This document shows, in pieces, positions 24,040-35,800 of a stretch of DNA of 64,000 nucleotides. Every line of letters starts with the position of its first letter. The stretch's first letter is position 1. A program made the position numbers and the translations under genes. The stretch comes from Mobula hypostoma (lineage: Eukaryota): NCBI RefSeq assembly GCF_963921235.1, contig NC_086097.1:64916001-64980000 (forward strand), written 5' to 3'. Under the pieces are notes generated by a model. That model worked only from the letters and a program-made list of their open reading frames with translations. It was not told the origin of the DNA and did no database searches.

Positions 24040-24980
24040 GCTCAGCAAGGAAAGTCCCAAATGTAGCTTTGGTTTCATAGCCAGGCACCTCAGGTACATC
24101 CACAAACATCATTGCCCTGAGTGAAGCACAAACAATGGGAGATAGTCAGATTAATGAAAAAAAAACAGTGGATACACTTCTTTCTGGGGAAGAAAACCTG
24201 AAGACAAGCATCATCTTCATGGAGTGAGCTTCATTATCAAGAGGAACAAGCTAGTCAGGCATCTCAGCTCCTCACCCTGTAAAATTAGTGAATATCTCAC
24301 TCTTCCATGGAAACAACATACTATATAGGCATCAATGTACAAACTTCAAACTTGGAAGCAAGGGATCAGGAAAGAGTTTAACCTTAGGAAAACCCTGGCC
24401 CACATCCTAGAGAAAGACAAAGAGAAAGAGTGATTTCAGAAGTATACTGCCCTTTGACAAGGGATAATCAATAAAATTAAGGGCAGGGAGGCCAGCTCCA
24501 AGGAAACATTCTTGACAAGATGCATGGAGCATAGCTTTGACACAACCCACACCCTACTTCGCTAATGTGTCAAGCATACGATATCACTGCACGGGTCAAG
24601 CAGTCGAACCTGTTAGATGATATCAGTGATGGAGCGAGAAATCACAAGCATATTCATATCACCCGTTACATGACAATACCAATGGATGCTGGGTTCACCA
24701 CCACCAAATCTGTCCTATAATCCCCATAAACCAGACCCTAAAACATCAACATTAACAGAGATTTTGGTGGCAGAAAATTTTCAACAAACTTATGAAGCCA
24801 CAGCACCTCACAGACAATCAGCTGAGTCTCAGTAATAAGAACCAGTAAGTGTTCATGGCCTGTGGGCTTGCCCAAACTGCACCATAATTGGCATCTGTTC
24901 AGATATCAAAAAGTACTAGGACTGACTTGATCTGAATGACTAGGAGTCAGGAAAGCCAACGAACTACAAACACAGAACAA
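24040..24980 (+). mobile_element. Old RTE-clade LINE (endonuclease region), heavily decayed; probably resumes at ~25835-26215 and ~27660-28060
   Basis: Remnant codons for IALSE, GYTF.W and GV.F motifs near 24110-24235; no long ORF remains. Confidence 0.5.
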
Positions 24981-24984
24981 GAAG

Positions 24985-25834
24985 GGAGAATGAAAACTTG
25001 GCTGAGTGGTGTAATAACAACAACCTCTCATCAATGTCAATAAGACCAAGGAACTCATAGTAGACTTAAGGAGAAGGAAACCAGAGGTCCTTGAGCCAGT
25101 AATCATTGGAAGATTAAAGGTGGAGAGGGTCAGAAACTTAAAATTCCTGGATATCATTATCTCAAAGGACCTGTCCTGGACCCATCAGATGAATGTAATT
25201 GTAAAGAAAGCACGATAGTGCCTCTACTTCTTCAGGAGTCTTCGGAGGTTTGACATCTTTGAAAAACCTGGCAAACTTCTATAGAAGTGTGGTGGAAATT
25301 GTGATGACTGGCTGCATATTGGCCTGATCTGGGAACACCAATGCCTTTGAGCAGATAATCCTACATAAGGTAATGGATATCTGCCCAGTACATCATGGGT
25401 AAAACCCTCCCAACCATTGAGCACATCTACATGAAACATTGCTGTAGAAAAGCAGTAATCATCATCAAAGATCCTCACCACCCAGGCCATGCTCTTTTCA
25501 CACTGCTGCCATCAGGTAGAAGGTACAGGTGCCTCAGGACTCACACCACCAGCTTCAAGAACAGTTACTACCCCTTAACCATCAGGCTCTTGAAAAAACG
25601 GGATAGCTACAGTCATTTAAGGCCTCTGTAATATCATTATTTCATGCTCATTATTTATTGCTATTTATTTATATCTGCATTTACAGTTTGCTTACGGTTA
25701 ACAGTTCCTGATGTTAACAGTTTATAGTTACTGTTCTATAGATTTACTAAGTATGCCCACAGAAGAAGAATCTCAGGGTTGTATGTGGTGACATGTATGT
25801 ACTCAGATAATAAATTTTACTTTGAACTTTCAAC
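24985..25834 (+). mobile_element. Rex1/Babar-type LINE 3' part
   Basis: WCNNNNL..NVNKTKELIVD, IIKDPHHPGHALFTLLPSGRRYR..RT.TTSFKNSYYP; AATAAA plus (ACTTTG)n-like tail at 25808-25834. Confidence 0.9.
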
Positions 25835-26214
25835 TAAGTGCTGTCAGGGCCCCATCTCCCAGAAAGCCCAGACCAGAGGTGAACATATTGAGGACAAAGA
25901 GAGACCTCCTTCAAAGAATGTACCCTTGAAATGAGCACCTTAGATGCCTCTTCACCGCAACTTATTCGATCCAGGTTTGCCACTACTCCTGACCAAAATA
26001 ATAAAGCATCTGGAGCAAATGATAACCCAAATTAAGTTCTTACATATGGAATGACTTCAGCCACAGATTCACAACTTCACTGTTCACATATGGGAAGAGG
26101 CGGATATACCTTTTGACCACCTTCATGAGCAGACAAATTTGACTGTGGTAGCTACAAAGGGGTCTCTTTGCTTTCTGCAACAGCAAGAGTCATTACAGGA
26201 ATCCTCCTCAATCA

Positions 26215-27040
26215 CCTTCTGTATAAAAAACTTGTCCCTGACATCAGCTTTGAAATGACCTCCTCTCACCTTAAATGCATGCTCTCTGGTATGAGACATT
26301 TCAGCAACAGGAAAAAGATATTGTCTGTCTACTCATCTATGACCCTCATAATCTTATAAACTTCTGTCAGATTCCTGTCTATCTCCACCACTCCAGTAAA
26401 GCAACCCAAGTATGTCCAACCACCCATTATAGCACATGCCCTCTAATCCAGGCAACATCTTGCCAAACCACTTTTGCACCCTCTTCATAGCCTTAACATC
26501 CTTCCTGTAATTGGGTGATCAGAATTGTATGCAATACTCCAAATGCGGTTTAATTAGAGTTTTATAAAGCTGCAACGTAACTTCCTGAACTCAATGGTTC
26601 AACTAATAAAAGCAAGCATTCTATAAGCCTTCTTAACTACCCTATCAACCTGTGTAGCCACCTTCAAGGAGCTTTTAAAGTGGACCCCAAGATCCATCTG
26701 CTCATCAACACTGTCAACGATCTTGCATTTGACCTACCAAGCTGCAACAGTTCGCATTTGGTGGGGTCAAACTCCATCTGCCATTTCTCTGCCTATATCT
26801 GCAACTGATCTATATTCCATTGTATCCTTTGTCAGTCTTCTACGCCATCTACAACACCACCAATCCTAGTATTATCTTCAAGCTTACTAACCTACCCATC
26901 CACATGTTCAGCCAGGCCATTTATATACATCACAAACAGCAGAGGTCCCAGTAGAGATCCGTGTGGAACAACGCTAATCACAGATCTCCAGCTAGAATCA
27001 ATCCCTTTGATCACTACCCTCTGTTTTCCATGGACAAACA
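26215..27040 (-). mobile_element. CR1-clade LINE fragment, decayed
   Basis: Collinear with the CR1 RT/3' region (reverse strand shows remnants of PQGS.LGP and LEYC.QF). Confidence 0.8.
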
Positions 27041-29309
27041 CCTTGCTGGTCAATTCACTGCAGTCTGGTGGCTATGTTCTTCAAAACCCAGCTTGTTTAT
27101 TCAGTGATGGTGTATTCAGAACAGTCTGGTGATGGACAAAAATATTTCCTTCCAGAGTACATTCTGCACCATTGCTATTGCCCATACTTACTGTTGGATC
27201 CCGATACTTCTGTGACCCAAAGGTTCTTCGGAAGTCAAAAAAGAGGCATAAGACTTGTTGCTTACAGCTGTTTTATTAAATGTTGCAAGAAGGCAAAACA
27301 AACAAAGAGAGATTCGAGAAAACAAAGAGAAAAGAAAAAGCAGTCGCGGCTGTCTCATACTCCAGAGATAACAAAAATTCCAGTGATAGCAATTAACCTA
27401 CAAAAGAATTTCAGGATGTATATCGTTTACATTTCTCTGACATTAAATGTACCTATTAAAACCTGTTGAAAATAACCAGATTCAAGCAGTGTGACATCTG
27501 TTAAGGAGCTTCTGGAAAACCACAGAAGCAATTGTACCATAGTTGCTGGTAAATTAACTGAACAATTACATGTTCAGTCTGATAATTATATTCTGGTGAT
27601 TATATAAAAATACAAACAACATCGGAAAGTTAAACTACAAGAAAAATAACAATTCTATGCCCTTTAACATGGACAAATATGGAGGGAGCAAAAAGTGGTA
27701 TGAGATCTTCTTACCCATTTTTGACTGATGGAGTGAGATCTCCTGGGGTCTGGAATCAATGTTGAGGACTCCCAAGATCACTCCTTTTTAACTGTATCAG
27801 CAGGACACCTCCAGTAGATCTATCGTACCAATGGGTCAGTACAGATTTGTCAGTGGTTGATTACCAGTTGTGTACAGCTGAAAAGACACATCTCTGGGAG
27901 GAGTGTGCAAAGGTTGTGCCTTGACGAGAAGTTGCTCAAGGTTCCTGATTGCACCTAAAATAAATTGATCAATCTGAAGAAGGTAAGATAAGAATATATA
28001 TATCTAAATGAAAACTTCGTACCAAACAGGATAAGTGCAAAGCTCCATGCAATGGATTCACAGACATTCTTCCTTCTAGTCACAGTGCCAAAAATTCAGT
28101 GACAAATTCTGTTTTTATTATTCATGAATTTCACTCATTTTAATTTGCTGATTTATCTACATAACACCAGACAAGTCTGTATCTGAGTCAATATGCTTTG
28201 AAATGCACTGTAATATTTGATACCTTTGAAATGAATACAGGATATATTGCCATAAATAGTGATTGATAGATTTCTGAATAATAGAGAGATCAAGGGAGGG
28301 AGGATTAGACAGGAAAATTGTGTTGAGATACAAGATCAGCCATTGACTGATTGACCCTCAATCTTGATACCAAACCTATCATGTAGCAGCTTACTAAACA
28401 CATTTTGCAAGTAGAAATATGCCACATCAAATGCATTTCCCTCAATAACCTTCTTTATTCATAAAAAAAAGCACTATTAAGTTAGTTAAACATTGTTTTC
28501 CTTGAACAACTCCATGCTGGCTTTTTCCACCAATCCACACTTGCCCATTTGACTGCTATTCTGTCCATGATTATTAAAGAGTTTCTGGAACTTTTCCCAC
28601 CACTGAGGTAAAAGTGACTATACTTAGCTGGTTTTTCCCCTTGTCCTTTTTTTGAACAAAGTGCATCGAGTCAATTTTCTGTGAGCAGCTGGAATTGCGG
28701 CTGTTTTCTGTAACGGATTCCTAGCAAAGCAATTTGCAGTTAGTGCTCCAAAGGCAGATATCAATCAGGATTATGAGTGCAGTAAACATGCAGAGTAGAA
28801 ATATTGAGAGAGGATGCTTGATGAATTTAAATGTCAATTATGCCAGCATTATCTTGCCCATTAATTTTGCCACATTGATTCAATGCTTTAACTTCTGACC
28901 AGCCACTTCATTCAGGTATCACTTATGTAATGATAAAGATGAGTAAAATGTGTCTGAACTACACTCCTGCATTAATGGGACCTGTATGTAAAAGGTGCAG
29001 TGACTAATAATATTACCATCAGAGAATTCCAGAAACAAGTTTACTACCTTAATCCAATATGTAAATCTCGGTTATTTTTGCTTTATCAGACCACTAGTAC
29101 TGGGAAATGTTCTTAGAAGGAAAGAAGCTACAGCTGATAGAATATATACAAGTGGGTTTGGGATAAAAGATTAATCTAGTGCAATTTATCCCTGTTCAAA
29201 GATCATAAGCTAGAAACTGGTTTGCAGAGATGGCACCAGAAGCTGGGCATGTGGATGCAATAGTCAAGTAGGTTCACAGAAAGTGAAAGAAAGAAAGAGG
29301 GAGTGAGAG

Positions 29310-29329
29310 ATGGACAGAGAGAGAAGGAC

Positions 29330-29362
<33 letters not shown>

Positions 29363-29380
29363 AGGGCAGGGGAGAGAAAA
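29310..29380 (+). repeat. (GA)n-rich microsatellite / purine tract
   Basis: Direct inspection. Confidence 0.9.
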
Positions 29381-30589
29381 CTAACTGAAAAGGAACAAAG
29401 CAAATGGTAGGAGCATTCGTAAAAGATCCAAACTGAAATCATCAGGTGAAACAAGCAACTGGGAATAATCCATGGGAAAATGAAGAGATTGCGGAAATAG
29501 GGCAGAGTTGTAGTGGGTTGTTGTTTTCAAGAGCCCTGTGCACCCTTGGGCACATTCAGGCAGCATTTTATTAGACTGATCATCAACTTGCACTTTATCT
29601 TTAGTGCAGATATTCCAGAACTGTGTGTAGTTGGGCAATCTGATATTACAGAAGTTCTCAAATAGACATTAGATTACTTCCATTGGAAATGGGGTTTGTT
29701 ACTCATTTCAACATCAACTTAAAGTGATTCATTTTCTGTCTCTGCTGATCTACAAATACCGCACTTCTGGAATGTTTATGGGTAAGCCGTCCACCGTTAA
29801 TAAGACTTTGACATCATAGCCACATTTGTTACATCCACAAAAGTTTAACCGACTTCAAAGTTCATATTTCTGAAGAAGATAAAAATCAAGTAAAATCATG
29901 AGTTTACTGACATGATAATGACTTAAAAATTCAAAGGAATGTAAGAACAAACAGGAGTTGACAGTCGAATTTTGAGAACCCATAGGTCTAGAGCTCCCAC
30001 TGTAGAGCAATAACTAAATTAAGACTCTGTGATGCAAAGTGGTCAGCATGTTCTGGGACCGAGTTCCATTTTCCTACAGAAAAGATTGCTGTGAGTAATT
30101 GGATTGGCTTGAATGTGACTCTAATACCACACTAAGGACAATGCCATCAGGTGTATGACAAACCATCAACTTTATGCCCCTCTCAGTCACACGCTATCTA
30201 GATCTGGCATACCTTTGATGCTAGCTCAAAATTGTCCTTAGGCAAAGCATTATGGGAGTACCTTCACATCATGGCCCGCAATATTCATGATGATAGAAAG
30301 ACATTTTGTAAGATGGTAAACTTTTAAAGAAGGAATAGAAGTGTTTAGAATGTCTACACTGATTCAGCAACAGGGTGAATACACATCGTATTATAAGGAT
30401 TAAATCTCAAGGTAGCTTTGAGGATGCAAAGGATGTATAAAGGCAGTTTATGAGTGTTCAAAAAGATGACCGATGGAGTATAATATGGATGTGTGTGGGT
30501 CCATGCAACTTTGTTAAGAAGAACAGCAAAAAAATGGTGAAGTACCAAGGATTTTAATGTAGAATTGGTTATAGTCACATAGTATGACA

Positions 30590-31245
30590 ACAACCTATTG
30601 ATCAACCATATCCGTGCTGATCAGTAGTACCCAGCTGGACTAGTACCATCTTCTTGCATTTGACTCATAGCCTTCCATGCCTAGGCAGATCAAGTGCTTA
30701 ATAGATACTTTTTAAATGCTGCCAGCAACTCTGCTTCCACTACTCTCACAGTGTGTTCCAGGTGTTCACCATTCTCTGAATAGAAAAAGATCTCCTCTAA
30801 ATCTCTCTCTTTTGACCTTAAACTTATGTTCTCTAATTTTATCTGTCAATATAGGGAATAGTTTCCTGCTCTTGGCCCCTATCTATACCCCTCATATTGA
30901 TACGAACTTCAACTATATGCCGTCTTAACCTCCTCTTCTCCAGAGAGAACAGACCTAGCTTTTTCAGTCCCTCCTGGTGTGTATGAAATGCACCATTCGA
31001 AGCAAGATCCTGGTGAACTTTCTCTGCAAACTGCCCCACCCCCACCCCATCCCCGGCACTGTCCCATCTTTCCCATAGTTTGGTGCTCAGAACTATATAC
31101 AGTATTCTAGCAAATGATTGACCAATATTGTATAATAGACGCAGGGGATCACCAAGTTCCTCTTATATTCGGTGCCCTGACTGTTAAAGGCCGGTGTCCC
31201 ATTTGCGTTCTTATCCACGTTGTCTACCTGTCATATCACCTTTGG
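30590..31245 (-). mobile_element. CR1-clade LINE 3' fragment, decayed
   Basis: Translates LKKLGLFSLEKRRLR...INMRGIDR. Confidence 0.8.
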
Positions 31246-31259
31246 CGAGACACAGAAAA

Positions 31260-31780
31260 TAAACACAGAGGTATACTAAAGAATTAGGAAGACAGCGGAA
31301 TATTGTCTTTTATTACCAATGGAGTAGAAAGAGAAGAAAATATTACTGAAGTTGTGCCAGACTTTGCCGAGACCGCATTCAGATTTGTGCAGTTTTGGTC
31401 TTCGTATGTAAAGAAGGATTGTTTTCGAGTCTGTCTAGTGTAAACTCGCCCCATTCCTCGGAGGAATTGTTGCAGTATTTGGAAATACTGAATAATAGTG
31501 GCTAAAGCCCACTGGAGTTTAAAGAATGAGAGGTGATCCCTTTGATTCTGAAAGGGTCGACCAGGAGGATTTCCGTAAGCTTTTTTCCCCGCTACTTGTA
31601 AAGCTTGGAACATCGACTCAAGAAAAGAGTTTGGGCATTTAAGGCTGAAGTTAGGGGGGAGATGGTTTAGTTTTGGATTCTACGGAAAGCGCATAATGTA
31701 GAGACCAAAATAAAACGTATACAGGACCGTCACAGTGATATTGAATAATGAAGCAGTCCATAGTGGCCGCTCCTGCAATC
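31260..31780 (+). mobile_element. Very old CR1-clade LINE 3' fragment
   Basis: Remnants of the RPHL...VQFWS.Y and LEF.RMRGD coding sequence (AGACCGCATTCAGATTTGTGCAGTTTTGGTC; CTGGAGTTTAAAGAATGAGAGGTGATC). Confidence 0.7.
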
Positions 31781-32694
31781 ATAAAACTTGCCATCCTTGA
31801 GTTGCCAAACCAAGTAAGGAACTAATCCGACAACAATCCGTTTTTGAGGTTAAAAGGGCCAACTACTCAAACAATGCATTTATACTCCAAATTGAACGAC
31901 ACACTGCAAAGCGATTGGATCGTCGCGCCACCCCAAAATTAGTAATGAATAAATTCTTACTCAAGAGCTGTCCTGAGTCCACGGCAGTGAAGACTGAGCT
32001 CAAATTCCTCAAAACAGTAACGTCGCATGGAAAGTTAATCTTTGTCACCACAAACCTTTTTCACCAAATGTTGAATTTCGAGCACAACGCAGTTACCTAC
32101 CTGGGTCCTACAGAGCAGAAAAGTTACTCTCACTGGCTATACTCTCCTGTCTGCACTAATATTTCTGCTGCACCGATCAGTTCATGATTCTGGACCAAGT
32201 AGCGAAACAACCTTGCCTGGAACTAATGTGACAGCATCTGTTGTCACCCTCATCCATGTGTACCTCTCTTTCAGGTGGGTCATAGATCAAAATTCTAAGA
32301 AAATGTTGTTGGGAAGTAGCCACCTCTTTTTCTAAACCCAGGTACGCCTGACTGCATTGTCAGTTGACCTTGAGAAACTGACCCGACACGGTAACCTCCC
32401 ACATGATGGCGATTTGGCGTGAACAACAGAAGTGGAAGAAACTTGTGGAGGTTGTGACCGAATCACTGGCAGCGCTGCACGCTGTTGCTGTGACTACCGT
32501 GTGGAATCTTGGAGCATGCAGGCGAAGTGAGTGGGGAGGCTGGCCCGCCTGTATAGTGCGGTGTATATGCTGACAGAGAAGAACTGCAGAGTACAGACAC
32601 CGGAGCGAGGCAGGACTATCTCACTTCAGTCATGATAGATACTAAGGTTCAAAATGTTTTCTTATTATTTACAGGTTTCTTTTTGGTTATTTAT

Positions 32695-32885
32695 GATCAG
32701 AATCGGGATTATTATCATTGCCCTATATGACGTGAAACGTGTTGTTTTACGACAGCAGTACAGCGCAAAGACAGAAAATTACTATAAATTGCAAGATAAA
32801 TAGTGCAAAAAAGAAATACAATAACGAGGTAGCGTTCAGAAATCTGATGACGAAGGGGAAGGCGCTGTTCCTGAATCGTTCGTCT
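32695..32885 (-). mobile_element. Rex1-type LINE 3' tip
   Basis: Similar to 3044-3250, with an ATCAGAATC tail. Confidence 0.65.
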
Positions 32886-35800
32886 CCACACCATTCGATA
32901 GATAATTGTCATTAGTTCAAAAAGTTCATCCCACTCTCCAAAACACTCTCCCTGTCACATGAATCGAACAATTTTTTCTGCTCATAGGCTTCTATCCTCT
33001 CTATTCAGTCACTCATAAATACAACCCAGAAAGTACCCACCAGAACATGTTTAAATAACTGAAATGCTAAGTAAAGTTTTATCAGTTTTAACTTTGCAGT
33101 GCCATACATCAATGGTTTTATAGGCTCAATTTTCATAACTAGTCATGTTATTATTAACGGCAACACGAATTTGGGGCATAGATTAAAAGGTGACATTCCA
33201 TTGTCTTCGCCTGTCACCTTTATTTTCATTGTGTATTTAAACATATCTCGCTACATTCGTATTCCTGTGATGTTGAAGAAGCGTGAAATTAAATGGAGCT
33301 ACGATGTTTTATTCTGGATGTGGGATAAAAATGCTGCGATTACTTTGCTCGATAGGACAAGTCAACGCAACTCTGCACCTTTCAGAAAGATGGTAACCTT
33401 CCTACTGCGTTATAATAATTATTTTCAAAATGTATATGTTTAGGAATAAATGACTATATCTGCAGTTCTAATGCGGATATTCCGGTATTGGCCTCTCATT
33501 GCATCTTTCACTTTCTGTCTTGAACCACTATTTATTGATTACCTCTTTTCTAGCTATTTAAAATTCAATCTATTTCTCTTCATAAGTGCAAAAGAAATAA
33601 TGTTTAGAATTTTATGTAATATTCATTCAATAATGCACTCGCAATTTACGATTTTAAATAAAAATGCCAAATAAATGTGAAATATTATTCATTCATTGTT
33701 CTATCATAGAATCGTGTTGTAGAGGAGTTTTCCATAACAGTTAAACTTCACGCCACTCTAAAGATGTACAAGTGACTGTTAACCTAGATTTAATGATACC
33801 ATCGTCTTGCAATTCTAAAAAAAAGTAATCTGTTGCTGTGTAATGGGTTTAAACCAAAACCAACCAACTACAGAAGAATTTTATTTTATTATATCCTAGA
33901 ATGTCCTGCATTCATGAATTTGTTCCATTGTATTTTTAAAAAATCCGATCGTTAAATTGGTAAACACTACTCGACTCTGTGTTACACTGCCTTCGGGTTT
34001 AGGGTGTGCCAAAGGATCTCACCAGCACTATATTAAACATTATGCTAAATATTTAATAATTAATAGGCGGAACTTACTTCCCTCTGAATTTTTAGTTTGC
34101 TGAAGAAATGGCAGCTCTGCGGGTAGTTTCGGAGATCATGGGTTTCAGCAGAGCGGTTTATGTAAACCAGGTTAAAGACTAATTGGCATTCCAAGTTGAT
34201 CAAAAAACAAACAAAAACAAGACGAGACTGTAACATTTAAATGTATGATCACCGCAGTGCAATGATAAGGTAAACCAGAGCAATGAACGCATGGGTATTT
34301 GAGACTATGAACTTATGACCTTAACACTTACTTCGTCCTTTTGGGTGTGAAATTCGGTTCAGATATGAATTACTTTCTGTATTGCTCCTTCTGATTTTTT
34401 AAAAACTTAAATTCTATGCAAATGATAGAAATGCTATTCGCCAATAACTACGACTATTGTAATCATTTAGCTATCTGCACTTTAGGCAAAAAAAAAATTC
34501 CACGTTGCACTTTGAAGACGCGACTTGACATTTTTGGAATACTCAAATACAAATGGAAGAAGAATGTAAAACATATTGAGGCACATATTTCAATATTTAC
34601 ATCTTGGTGATCCATTATTTACCATATATTAAAGTAAGTAAATTACCAGCGTCAAGCACTATTTTATTATTCGTTTAGTCAAGGAGCCATCGCATTTTGA
34701 AGAATTGATTGCGCTCTTCGTTACGCTTATTGCAATTTTATACTGAAAATAAAATCATTCGGTTGAGGCTATTAATAATGCACGATACCTAGTATTATTT
34801 TGAAGTTAATGTTAAAATACTTCTGTTTTCTTCTTTTGGGCCAATATTATCAATTGTGACATTTTAAAATTTATGGTACAACATTGCCTTAATTCGTTCC
34901 TTTAGTATTATATCCTAACGGTGGTGATTCAATTTTAGTGACAATTACGTCTGTTAAATTCGGTGACAATGGCTTAGAAATGTATACTACTCTAAAATAT
35001 ACATATTCCAATAAATGACTTCAAGAGCTTTTCTTACGTAGAAAAAATATAATGAATAGTTTGAAATATACATTGCTTTGTGCCCAGCTCCGCAGAGAAG
35101 TTCATTGCAAAAAGTTTACCTTCCTCGAAGACACTTCTTCAGCGCACTTCCAACGATTCTGGCCATTCATTATAAATCTATATGAAACTATACATAATTT
35201 TCAAAATGGCGATGATAATATCGAGCTCCAAATATCTTTGTTGATGTTTTAATAAATGGTATACGATTGCAACTATTGTTCCGCATGTTGCACTCAAAGC
35301 TCATTTACAGTTCAAATACCAATCAAGATTAGGTGGCAACTAATTAATTCTCCAAGTTTTAATATAAAAAACAAAATCATTTATCCTATGAACCACGGAG
35401 AATAACGTAAATTAATCTGCTGCGGCTCCAAGCATCGAGATCAAGTTATATACTTTTAAGCATTTCACTATAAACTATTAAAATATATCTGGTGGCAAAT
35501 GTGCACTTTGTTTATCTCATGGTGTCCCTTTTAATCACCATTCTCGCAAGAGATGCAGTAAAGTCGGTTCCAATTAAACTTTCATACGTTTTATTATGCT
35601 TTAAAACTTTTTTTGTATATTGACAGTGGCAACCTTCTTGCGCAAATTGCAACTTGTACGTCTTTTCGTCGAGATTGTGTTCTAAATGCAATGATTTTGG
35701 ATGATTTTGAAGTTTAAAACTATGTGCGAAATCTTTGTCGACCATCTTGAGTTGTACACGCCGCTATTAAAGGGATAGAGATGAGTGCACGCACGCTTCC

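Noticed and set aside
27068..27469. 133-aa ORF between LINE fragments
   Set aside because: Lies in decayed repeat-like sequence, has a non-ATG start and a low-complexity basic tail, with no splice or domain support.
33099..33674. Two consecutive hydrophobic ORFs (114 and 74 aa)
   Set aside because: Composition is that expected from AT-rich non-coding DNA; no exon structure or homology recognised.
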